Source: Nitrospinaceae bacterium
GTDB lineage: Bacteria; Nitrospinota; Nitrospinia; Nitrospinales; VA-1
Assembly (NCBI GenBank): GCA_046754465.1
Contig: JBHHVU010000063.1
Span: forward strand, 1-17,439
Length of the DNA: 17,439 nucleotides
Direction of reading: 5' to 3'
Shown: positions 7,652 to 15,643 of the stretch, in pieces
Layout of the letters: each line of letters opens with the position of its first letter
Position numbering within the stretch: position 1 is the stretch's first letter
Position numbers and translations under genes: made by a program
The notes under the pieces: generated by a model
What the model was told of the DNA's origin: nothing
Databases searched by the model: none
What the model saw: the letters and a program-made list of their open reading frames with translations, nothing else

Positions 7652-7822
7652 GTGTTCCATTCTCCATATCATAACCCGATAGCTTCCATGGTCTCCCGGG
7701 TGTCCGGTGGATAATGAGTCGGGGCCAATTTCATCGCGTACCCTGGTATTTCAGGATGTCCATGAATGGAAGGCTGCATTTATTATTAATCGTTTCTAAT
7801 TTTTCAGGAGTGTATAAAACCC

Positions 7823-8149
7823 ATGGAACAACGGCCGGTGACGGTGGAGGAGGTCCGGGATGCCCAGGAAAACCTCAAAAAAGGGATTTCCCAACATGAA
7901 AATAAGGATTTTAAGGAAGCCATAGAATCCTTTAAAAAATCCGCGTCGATTTATCCCTTCGACGAGCAACACCTGGAGCAACTCCAAAAAAAATTAAAAG
8001 GCGGAAATTACAAAAAACAACATGAAAGCATTGCCTACATGGGGTGCGCGGCCGTTCACCTCAATCAGTTGATCCAGCAATTGGACAATGACCAGAAAGC
8101 CCGGGTCCCCGTGGACCAACAATTGAGCGAGGTTTTCAAGGACTGGTAG
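7823..8149 (+). CDS. Hypothetical helical protein with a TPR-like segment (108 aa)
   Basis: CAGGAG RBS. LKKGISQHENKDFKEAIESFKKSASIYP resembles one TPR repeat. Confidence 0.82.
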   Translation: MEQRPVTVEEVRDAQENLKKGISQHENKDFKEAIESFKKSASIYPFDEQHLEQLQKKLKGGNYKKQHESIAYMGCAAVHLNQLIQQLDNDQKARVPVDQQLSEVFKDW

Positions 8150-8358
8150 GGGGGGGCACCCGCCAGGCCACGCCCGGGAGGGGATGGGTCATGGCATCAT
8201 CGCCAGCTCACCTTGGTCCGCCATATAAAGAACGCCCAATCGCGTGCGGATGTACTCCGCCGGGAAATGGGTCAAAGCTTGGTTGGTTTTCATCCTTGTT
8301 GGATCCTATAACACGGAGCAAACGGGGGTGGCTCCCGCCACTCGAAAGGTGAAAAAAC

Positions 8359-9570
8359 GTGGAAAAGGAATTACTCCATAACGTTTTGAGAGCGGAGATC
8401 AAAGACAGGAAAATTCCCATCAGCCTGGGGAAAACCTGCCCGGTGAAATGCACCTTCTGCTATGAGAAAGGGCATGATATTTACCGCAAGGTGTTTGACA
8501 TTCCTCGCACCACCCAGGAAGACTGGGAATTTATTTTTAACGAAATTCAAAAGGTTCCGTCCTACGACGGGGAGTCGTGGGTTCTGGGTGGAAACGAATA
8601 TATGGAGTGGACAGACCTGCCGTTGCACCCCAAATCCATGGACTGGATGGAAGAGTTCCTGGAAAAAACCGATAAAAATATTACCTTTTTTACTGTGGGT
8701 TATGTCAATCCCGAACGAATCAACCGGCTGGCGGAGAAATATCCCGGAAGGGTCAATTTTGAATTGTCGGTCATTACCCTTGGGGAAGTGCGCAAAAAGC
8801 TGATGCCCAATGGTCCCACCCCGGCTCAGGTGCTCAAGATTCTTGACGGGCCGGCCGTCACCTCCGCAAATTTCTATGCCCTGGGACCGGGCACCATGTC
8901 CGAGGATGCCCGCAAGATTTCCAAAATCAATAAAAAATGCCTTTTGTGGATGGGGTGTCTCACCCCCTTGAAGTATATCGATCCCCAGACCACGGCATTG
9001 ATGCGTTACGGGAAAAAATTCCTTCCCGAAGAAGCCAGGAAAGTTTACGATTTGAACCTGGAAAACGTCACCATGATTCACACCGAATCGGATATCACTG
9101 CCTTTTTAAACCGAAAGAAAATCATCAAAGTCTTTGATGCCTGCGAATTGGAAAAAAAGGATACCGTGGTGATGGCGGGCAATGTCTATAAAATTCTCAT
9201 GATGTTCCGCCGCCACCGGGCGCGGTTTCTTTATGTTCCCAACGACACCCTCGGTGGCGATTCAGACTGCACCACCTTGCTTACCTTCAGCGATATCGCC
9301 AAAAGATTAACCTATGAGAGGCGGGTGTTCCTCCCCAAAGTCATCATGGAAAAAGCCTCCGACGATGAACGGGATATTTCGGGGGCATCTTTTGATGATT
9401 TCAAGGCCCGGTTTCCCCGCTGCACCTTCAAGGTCCTGAATAAAATCAACTCGAACCTGTCGAACAGGAAATTATATGAAAAAGGCTATTTGAAAAATTA
9501 CGTGGAAGGTTATCTGCAAAATCCCCTCTCAAAAAATTTCGAAGCAATGTCCCTGCCCAACGGGTGTTAA
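8359..9570 (+). CDS. Radical SAM protein with DUF512-like C-terminal region
   Basis: N-terminal CxxxCxxC with an aromatic residue (CPVKCTFCY), GG motif (LGGNE), alternating beta/alpha pattern. C-terminal N.TLGG....TLLTFSDI...L......FLP resembles the DUF512 motif. GTG start follows AAGGTGA. Confidence 0.85.
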   Translation: MEKELLHNVLRAEIKDRKIPISLGKTCPVKCTFCYEKGHDIYRKVFDIPRTTQEDWEFIFNEIQKVPSYDGESWVLGGNEYMEWTDLPLHPKSMDWMEEFLEKTDKNITFFTVGYVNPERINRLAEKYPGRVNFELSVITLGEVRKKLMPNGPTPAQVLKILDGPAVTSANFYALGPGTMSEDARKISKINKKCLLWMGCLTPLKYIDPQTTALMRYGKKFLPEEARKVYDLNLENVTMIHTESDITAFLNRKKIIKVFDACELEKKDTVVMAGNVYKILMMFRRHRARFLYVPNDTLGGDSDCTTLLTFSDIAKRLTYERRVFLPKVIMEKASDDERDISGASFDDFKARFPRCTFKVLNKINSNLSNRKLYEKGYLKNYVEGYLQNPLSKNFEAMSLPNGC

Positions 9571-9609
9571 GCGGCAACCATAGAAAGTGAATCGTGAAAA
9601 GGAGTTGGC

Positions 9610-9792
9610 ATGCTGTACCGGTTGAAGGTCGTGTTTGTGGATAATCAGGAACTGGAGTTGCAAAATACGGAAAAGCACGGATTCAGCGACGATCTGGAAT
9701 TGTTTGAGATAACCACTTTGGAAGATATCATCGTCGTTCCCCTCAAGCAGATCAAATACATTTCCTGCGACGCTAAGATTTTCAAGAAATAA
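9610..9792 (+). CDS. Small beta-rich hypothetical protein (60 aa)
   Basis: AAGGAG RBS, 39 bp after the radical SAM stop. The pattern LKVVFVD...FEITT...IVVPLKQIKYI suggests a small Sm/SH3-like barrel. Confidence 0.8.
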   Translation: MLYRLKVVFVDNQELELQNTEKHGFSDDLELFEITTLEDIIVVPLKQIKYISCDAKIFKK

Positions 9793-9970
9793 GCTGGAGG
9801 TGGGCTCCCATCAACGGATGATGAAAGAGAATCGTTCCGGGGCCGGAACACTTCCAGAAAAACCCCGTGCGGGTGGGCCGTTGGTCTGTTCCAATCCAAG
9901 GGATGGAACCCATGAGGTAAAAGAAGAGGGCGGGTTTATATTTACGGATCTCCGCAAGCCGACGCAAAAA

Positions 9971-10360
9971 TCATAGTCTGATTCCTGCCTTTTTCATCCA
10001 TTTCTTCTCGTCGAAAACTCCCTGGAAAAATTTTTCGAAAAGAACTTCGTTGCGGGTTAAATTTTTGCCATCGATTTTGTCGTGGGTGGTGTCAGAGGGC
10101 TCCGGGTCTCCCCCGGAAACTTGGGACGGAGATTCGCCGTCGACCGGTTCCAATTTAAAGGAATCGTCCCTGGAAAAAACCAACTCGGAAAGTTCTTCAA
10201 GACTGAGGATGAGATTAAGGACGGCCAGATTATTGATCAGATCCTTCGATTTAAAATGCATCAATACTTTCTTGACTTCCTCCGAGGATACGATCGCTTT
10301 CATGATCGCTTCATTGAGTTGTTCATATTCTTTATCCAGGTACGATTCGAATGGATCCAT
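9971..10360 (-). CDS. Hypothetical acidic protein (129 aa)
   Basis: Strong RBS GGAGGAGAAGG on the minus strand, helical N-terminal part, disordered linker and short C-terminal part. Preceded by a sigma54 consensus. Confidence 0.85.
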   Translation of the reverse strand: MDPFESYLDKEYEQLNEAIMKAIVSSEEVKKVLMHFKSKDLINNLAVLNLILSLEELSELVFSRDDSFKLEPVDGESPSQVSGGDPEPSDTTHDKIDGKNLTRNEVLFEKFFQGVFDEKKWMKKAGIRL

Positions 10361-10434
10361 GTCAGCCTTCTCCTCCAGAAAAATTGATCGGCGCTTTTAT
10401 ATCTATCGGAAAACTTTAAAATTAACTTTATGGG

Positions 10435-10451
10435 AGCAAGAGTTGTGCCAA
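10435..10451 (-). promoter_or_regulatory. Sigma54 (-24/-12) promoter
   Basis: The minus strand reads TTGGCACAACTCTTGCT, matching TGGCAC-N5-TTGCW exactly, 74 bp upstream of the ATG at 10360. Confidence 0.85.
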
Positions 10452-10489
10452 GGCGGAGCGCACTGGCCCTGACTAAGTAAATCGTTTGA

Positions 10490-10502
10490 AATCAATGAAT
10501 TA
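10490..10502 (+). promoter_or_regulatory. Putative IHF site upstream of the sigma54 promoter
   Basis: AATCAATGAATTA fits WATCAANNNNTTR and lies between the promoter and a candidate enhancer. Confidence 0.6.
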
Positions 10503-10567
10503 TGCTATTTTGCCGGGAAGGGGGAGTCAACCGGTTGGTGGTGTTTTTCCTCAAAGCCCGTGAAATG

Positions 10568-10583
10568 TGTCAAAATCCCAACA
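10568..10583. promoter_or_regulatory. Candidate upstream activator sequence (TGT-N10-ACA)
   Basis: TGT-CAAAATCCCA-ACA, about 145-160 bp upstream of the inferred sigma54 start site. The motif is short and could occur by chance. Confidence 0.4.
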
Positions 10584-10714
10584 GGAGTGCGTGGAAATCG
10601 AGTCCCTCAATAGAAAATTGTTTTTATTGATTAAATCCGGGTTTGGCCGGGGTCCGGGAGGACAGAAGTTCCGGTGCCGCGGCGTGGAGTCCCGCGAAAC
10701 CGCGATTCCACCGG

Positions 10715-10744
10715 TTGATGGTCCCAAGCGGTCTGTGCTACTCT
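10715..10744 (+). promoter_or_regulatory. Putative sigma70 promoter of hemB
   Basis: TTGATG, 18-bp spacer, extended -10 TGcTACTCT. Confidence 0.35.
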
Positions 10745-10826
10745 TGTTGAGTTTGGCCTGAAACTAGGAACCTTTCCGTTGTTTGGAAGGCGCCATTATT
10801 ATTATTCCAAATCCCTTTTCTCCCTC

Positions 10827-11804
10827 ATGTCTTTTCCCGTTCACAGATCCAGGAGATTGCGGAAGCACCCCGCCATATTAAGGATGGTGCGGGAGACCCG
10901 TCTGTCCATTGACGAACTCATCGAACCTCTGTTTGTGTGCGAGGGCAAGGGGGTTCGTCAGCAAATTTCCTCCATGCCTGGCGTTTACCGGTGTTCCATC
11001 GATACCCTCCTTAAAGAGGTGCGGGAGAGTCATGAGTTGGGCATTCCCGCCGTGATCCTGTTTGGCATCCCGGGCAAAAAAGACGCACGGGGCTCGGAAG
11101 CCTATAATCCGGATGGAATCGTCCAGCGCGCTATTCGTGAAATCAAGTCCGCCGTTCCGGATATGGTGGTCATTACCGATGTCTGTATAGACGAATACAC
11201 CGACCACGGGCATTGCGGCCTGGTGGAGGGGGGGCGGATTCTGAACGATCCCACCCTGGAGTTGTTGTCAAAAATGGCGCACACGCATGCCGAGGCTGGG
11301 GCCGATATCGTCGCCCCCTCGGATATGATGGACGGGCGGGTGCAGGCGATCCGCAAAACGCTGGATGCCACCGGCCATGAAGAGACCATCATCCTTTCCT
11401 ATGCCGCGAAATATGCGTCGGCTTTTTATGGACCCTTCCGGGAAGCGGCCGATTCTTCCCCCAAGTTTGGAGACCGCCGGTCGTACCAGATGGATCCCGG
11501 CAACAGCGACGAGGGCCTCCGCGAAGTCCTGCAGGATATTGAAGAGGGGGCGGATATTGTGATGGTCAAACCCGCGTTGCCTTACCTGGACATCATTCAC
11601 CGGGTGCGCCAGGAGGTGCGCGTCCCCGTAGCCGCGTATAATGTGAGCGGGGAATATTCCATGGTAAAGGCCGCCGGGGAACGGCAATGGCTGGATGGTG
11701 GCCGCGCCATGATGGAAATCCTGCTCAGCATCAAACGGGCGGGGGCGCAAATGATCCTGACCTATTTTGCCAAGGAAGCGGCCCGGTTCCTCCGCCGGAA
11801 TTAA
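10827..11804 (+). CDS. hemB: Porphobilinogen synthase (delta-aminolevulinic acid dehydratase)
   Basis: R.RRLR N-terminal arm, [70 protein letters not shown] at 10827 fits the usual length better than TTG at 10779. Confidence 0.97.
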   Translation: MSFPVHRSRRLRKHPAILRMVRETRLSIDELIEPLFVCEGKGVRQQISSMPGVYRCSIDTLLKEVRESHELGIPAVILFGIPGKKDARGSEAYNPDGIVQRAIREIKSAVPDMVVITDVCIDEYTDHGHCGLVEGGRILNDPTLELLSKMAHTHAEAGADIVAPSDMMDGRVQAIRKTLDATGHEETIILSYAAKYASAFYGPFREAADSSPKFGDRRSYQMDPGNSDEGLREVLQDIEEGADIVMVKPALPYLDIIHRVRQEVRVPVAAYNVSGEYSMVKAAGERQWLDGGRAMMEILLSIKRAGAQMILTYFAKEAARFLRRN

Positions 11805-11952
11805 AGACTTGACCCGAGGGGGAACACGGGGTGTGCGGCCATTGCGAGCCCGGTTCCGCGGCCTGGGAGGATGGACCGCCTGATAGGCCCTGCCCGGTCT
11901 TTTCCATCGAATGGACGGGACGGGCGGAGTTGTTGGCCTGATGAATAACGGT

Positions 11953-11982
11953 TTGAAAATGAAAGTTCCCTGTGTTTATAAT
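11953..11982 (+). promoter_or_regulatory. Sigma70 promoter of the XRE-PBP1A operon
   Basis: TTGAAA (11953-11958), 18-bp spacer, TATAAT (11977-11982). Confidence 0.65.
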
Positions 11983-12020
11983 ACCTAAAAGGGAATTCTA
12001 TAGAATAAGGAGATGGTTTG

Positions 12021-12674
12021 ATGTCAATATTGGCTAAAAACCTGAGGACGATCCGCAAGGAATTGCTTTGTACGCAGTCGATGATGGCGGACATCCTGAA
12101 GGTGGGGTTTCGAACCTATGTGAGATATGAAGCCGGTGAACGGGATGCGCCCGTTTCCGTATTGGTCAAAATCGCCAAATTGGGAAATCTTTCCCTGGAA
12201 CATCTGCTGACGAAAGAAGTGAATAAAAATTTCATCGCGCCGTTAAAGGCCTTTTCAAAAAATCCTGTTCCCCCGGACGTCCGGATCGTGAATTTTCGCG
12301 CCGGACACGTTTTGTTCAAGAAACCCTCCCGGCAGGAGCTTTTGACGTTGGACGACGCGGAAAGAAAGCTGGTATCCCTCTACAGAAAAATGGATGCCGG
12401 TCTGCAAAAGAAATGCCTGGACAACCTGGGTAAGGCCTTGAAGGATGGCAGGAACCGAAGCAAGGGCACCCATAAAGTGAAGAAAAAAACCGTCAAGAAG
12501 TCCCCAACCTCCACCCGGCCCAAAACCCAGGTGAAGACCAGGAAAACCGCCTCCCCCAAAGCCGGGAAAAAGGGGAAACCCGGACGCAAAAAGTTGGACC
12601 GCAAACTTCTCAAGGAAAAAATCGATAAGTTGAAAATCATTACGGGGTCGGTCAACAAAATTACCGTGAGATAA
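12021..12674 (+). CDS. XRE/Cro-C1 family HTH regulator with Lys/Arg-rich C-terminal tail
   Basis: AAGGAGA RBS. LAKNLRTIRKELLCTQSMMADILKVGFRTYVRYEAGERDAPVSVLVKIAKLGNLSLEHLL is an HTH_3-type domain, followed by a middle domain and a highly basic low-complexity tail. Confidence 0.9.
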   Translation: MSILAKNLRTIRKELLCTQSMMADILKVGFRTYVRYEAGERDAPVSVLVKIAKLGNLSLEHLLTKEVNKNFIAPLKAFSKNPVPPDVRIVNFRAGHVLFKKPSRQELLTLDDAERKLVSLYRKMDAGLQKKCLDNLGKALKDGRNRSKGTHKVKKKTVKKSPTSTRPKTQVKTRKTASPKAGKKGKPGRKKLDRKLLKEKIDKLKIITGSVNKITVR

Positions 12675-12680
12675 TGGGCA

Positions 12681-13589
12681 GTGAAATCCGCCGGCGTTAG
12701 AAAGCCACGGCACGGGATTATTTTTCTCGCCGTTTTTCTGGGAATGACTCTCCTGGAATTCTACGGAAGTATATTCGAACGCGGGATGGGCCATTATTTG
12801 AAATGGCAAAATCATAAACGGCCCCAGTTGGGCCGTCTCTGGGAACGGGACCGCCAGGCCATCGTCGCGCAGGCAAAAATTCAATCCCTCCGCTCCGTCC
12901 AGGATTCACAGGAGGAATCCGCGAAATCCATTCGATCCTTCAAGCAGATGTTCGAGTCGGTGGAACCCGCCTTTCCTCTCGTTGTTTCCCGCGGGAAGTT
13001 TCTCGAGTTGTATTATGATTTTCCCGGACAATGGTCCGAGCGCATCATCTCTCCCTACGAGTTGATTCAGATCGACGCGGAGAACAACTGGGCCCAGGTC
13101 CTGTTGAAGCGGTTTGGCCCCTGGATCACCATACGGTTCATGGACCCCGAGGGCCACCCCCTCCGGGAACTTTACTTGTCCGCGGAAACCTTGTTTGAAT
13201 TGCAGTCCACGCGGACCATCAAGCGGGGACGGCTCGAGGAGATGAATTTCCGGGCCGGCCGCATTTTCCCGGTTCACCAGTTTCTTTCCATTTTAAAGAC
13301 GCTGGATCCCCAAACGCAAAAAGCGGTTTTCCCGGAACCCCGCTGGTTTCTGGGAAAGGATTACCATGTGACGCGGGTCGGGGTATCCGACGAGCTGTCC
13401 GGAATCGCCGGCCGGCAAAACATGGTCTTTGGGATCGAGTACGATACCGATTATTACACCGGAGTTTTGCTCATCCCCGTGCCGCTGGAAATCGCGTACA
13501 ACCTGCTGTCTCAGATCGAAAAAACGGATGGAGAAAATTCGACCGGAAATTTAACCTCCCTGGATGCGCCTTCCGGAGATCGCTTTTGA
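12681..13589 (+). CDS. Hypothetical membrane-anchored protein (302 aa)
   Basis: Long ORF between the regulator (6-bp gap) and PBP1A (overlapping stop/start). One N-terminal hydrophobic helix follows basic residues. The start is uncertain and no family was recognised. Confidence 0.8.
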   Translation: MKSAGVRKPRHGIIFLAVFLGMTLLEFYGSIFERGMGHYLKWQNHKRPQLGRLWERDRQAIVAQAKIQSLRSVQDSQEESAKSIRSFKQMFESVEPAFPLVVSRGKFLELYYDFPGQWSERIISPYELIQIDAENNWAQVLLKRFGPWITIRFMDPEGHPLRELYLSAETLFELQSTRTIKRGRLEEMNFRAGRIFPVHQFLSILKTLDPQTQKAVFPEPRWFLGKDYHVTRVGVSDELSGIAGRQNMVFGIEYDTDYYTGVLLIPVPLEIAYNLLSQIEKTDGENSTGNLTSLDAPSGDRF

Positions 13590-15643
13590 TCCGCCCCCTG
13601 GCCGAAAAATTGATTTTTGTTTTTTATGGAATACTCCTGATCGCAGTTCTTTCCGCGGTGGGAATGTATTTCGTCCTCGTCCAGGACCTCCCACAACTCC
13701 CCGATAATCTGGAAAAAATCAACCTCAGCCTTCCCACGGAAATTTATTCTTCGGACGGGGAGAGAATCCGGATCCTGGGTGACCGGCATCCTGTGCCCTT
13801 TGAGGATATTTCTCCCCACTTTCTCAAAGCCATCATCGCCGTGGAAGACGCCAAGTTTTACAGCCATCATGGTTTGGATCACCTGGGCCTCCTTCGCGCG
13901 CTGGTCATCAACTTCCGTGCCAAACGGGTCATTCAGGGGGGCAGCACGATCACCCAGCAGTTGTCCAAGAATTTATTTTTTTCATTCAAGCGCAACCTGA
14001 TCCGGAAACTCAAGGAACTGCTGATTGCATTGCAACTGGAGGCGGCGTTCACCAAGGATCAAATCCTGGAAGCATATTGCAATCAGATATATTTCGGCAA
14101 CGCCGCTTATGGCGTGGAGGAAGCGTCCCAGACATATTTTGGAAAACAGGCCCGGGACCTGACCCTGTTGCAGGCCGCCTTGCTGGCCGGTTTGCCCAAT
14201 TCGCCCAACAACGCCAACCCCTTCAGCAATTACGACCGCGCCCTCAGCCGCGCGGGATATGTTCTGACGCGCATGGTCCGCGAGCGGTTCATCACCCCGG
14301 AGCAGAAACAGGAAGCGTGGGATTCCCCGCTCGGCCTGCTCACTCCCCGGGAAAAATCCGATCCTAACCTGTATTTCGTGAATTTTGTCATCGGCCAGCT
14401 CGAACAGGACTACGGCCGGGAGTTTGTGCATTTCGGCGGATTGAAGGTCTACACCACCCTGGACACCCGCTACCAGCGGTTTGCCCGCAAGGCCGCGTTG
14501 TCCCACCTCGAAGCCCTGGAGGAGGAAATGGTCCGGGGCGGGGATCAGGGTCCCCTGCAGGCGGCCCTGGTGGCGGTGGAAAACAAAAACGGCGCTGTTC
14601 GCGCCATGTTGGGAGGTAGGAATTATTCTCAAAGCCAGTTCAACCGCGCCATTTCCCATAACCGGTTGCCCGGGTCCTCCTTCAAACCCTTCGTTTACCT
14701 GACAGCCATGGAAGAGTTGGGATACACTCCCGCCACGGTCGTCAACGACTCCCCGTTTGTCGTGGAAATTCCAGGTTCGGACCCCTGGGAACCCAAAAAT
14801 TTCGGGGGCATTTTCGCGGGAGATATCATCCTGAAAAAAGCTCTCATGAAATCCATCAATGTCATTTCGGCCAAGTTAATGGAGAAAGTGACTCCGCGGA
14901 AGGTCATCCAGACCGCCAGGAAGTTCGGGATCAAAAGTCCCCTGGGAAATAACCTCTCTCTCTCCCTGGGGACCTCCGGGGTCTCTCCCATGGAAATGGC
15001 CTCCGCTTTCAGTGTGATTGCCAATTTGGGGATATACAATGAACCTTACTATATCGAGAAGATCGAGGATTATCACGGCAACCGGCTTTATCAGCATTAC
15101 TCCCAGGGGATCCAGCGGTTCTCCCAGAAACTGATGTACCAGTTGCTGGACATGATGAAAGGTGTGGTCGATGGCGGGACGGGACGCGTGGTGCGGAGGA
15201 TGGGGTTTCTCCCCCCCGCCGCGGGAAAAACCGGCACCACCAATGATTATAAAGACGCCTGGTTCGACGGGTTCACCAAAGATCTTTCCGTTTCCGTTTG
15301 GGTGGGGTATGACGATAACCGGCCGATGACCAATCGTTCGGGCCGGGGGTTGACCGGCGGCCGGGCGGCGGCTCCCATCTGGGTCTTTTTCATGCAAAAA
15401 GCCCTCCAGGGAAAAAAGATCGTCAAATTCCCCGTGCCCACCGGAATCCGGTTGGTGACGGTAGATGTCCATACGGGCAAACTGCCGGATGAACGGTCTC
15501 TCGACGAAACCCTTCCCGTCGCCGTGAACGAGGAACTCAATCTCAACCCGCAACCCATTACAGAAACCGGGGACGAACCGCCCCAGGAGGCGGCCGCCGA
15601 AACGTTTTCTCTTCCTGACACCGATGATGCTTCAACCCCTTAA
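13586..15643 (+). CDS. Class A penicillin-binding protein (PBP1A family; transglycosylase + transpeptidase)
   Basis: N-terminal TM. TG motifs EDAKFYSHHG, GGSTITQQL.KN, RKLKE. TP motifs SSFK (SxxK), SIN (SxN), KTGT. Confidence 0.96.
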   Translation: MIRPLAEKLIFVFYGILLIAVLSAVGMYFVLVQDLPQLPDNLEKINLSLPTEIYSSDGERIRILGDRHPVPFEDISPHFLKAIIAVEDAKFYSHHGLDHLGLLRALVINFRAKRVIQGGSTITQQLSKNLFFSFKRNLIRKLKELLIALQLEAAFTKDQILEAYCNQIYFGNAAYGVEEASQTYFGKQARDLTLLQAALLAGLPNSPNNANPFSNYDRALSRAGYVLTRMVRERFITPEQKQEAWDSPLGLLTPREKSDPNLYFVNFVIGQLEQDYGREFVHFGGLKVYTTLDTRYQRFARKAALSHLEALEEEMVRGGDQGPLQAALVAVENKNGAVRAMLGGRNYSQSQFNRAISHNRLPGSSFKPFVYLTAMEELGYTPATVVNDSPFVVEIPGSDPWEPKNFGGIFAGDIILKKALMKSINVISAKLMEKVTPRKVIQTARKFGIKSPLGNNLSLSLGTSGVSPMEMASAFSVIANLGIYNEPYYIEKIEDYHGNRLYQHYSQGIQRFSQKLMYQLLDMMKGVVDGGTGRVVRRMGFLPPAAGKTGTTNDYKDAWFDGFTKDLSVSVWVGYDDNRPMTNRSGRGLTGGRAAAPIWVFFMQKALQGKKIVKFPVPTGIRLVTVDVHTGKLPDERSLDETLPVAVNEELNLNPQPITETGDEPPQEAAAETFSLPDTDDASTP

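Noticed and set aside
7410..7899. Short ORFs 7410-7616 (+), 7470-7667 (-) and 7714-7899 (+)
   Set aside because: No convincing RBS or motifs, and they overlap each other, the candidate promoter or a better-supported gene.
8350..8352. In-frame TGA upstream of the radical SAM gene as a selenocysteine or readthrough codon
   Set aside because: It is explained as part of the SD (AAGGTGA). No SECIS-like hairpin was recognised in the A-rich downstream sequence, and the context is not a redox motif.
8310..8355. Riboswitch-like fragments (GCAAA, GAAA loop) before the radical SAM gene
   Set aside because: They do not fit the c-di-GMP-I, cobalamin or SAM riboswitch consensus.
9636..9644. Perfect DnaA box TGTGGATAA
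   Set aside because: A single copy inside a coding sequence, so plausibly chance.
9793..9970. Small hairpins and short minus-strand ORFs between convergent genes
   Set aside because: Short stems without U-tracts are probably generic 3' structures. The ORFs lack supporting motifs and overlap the 9610 gene.
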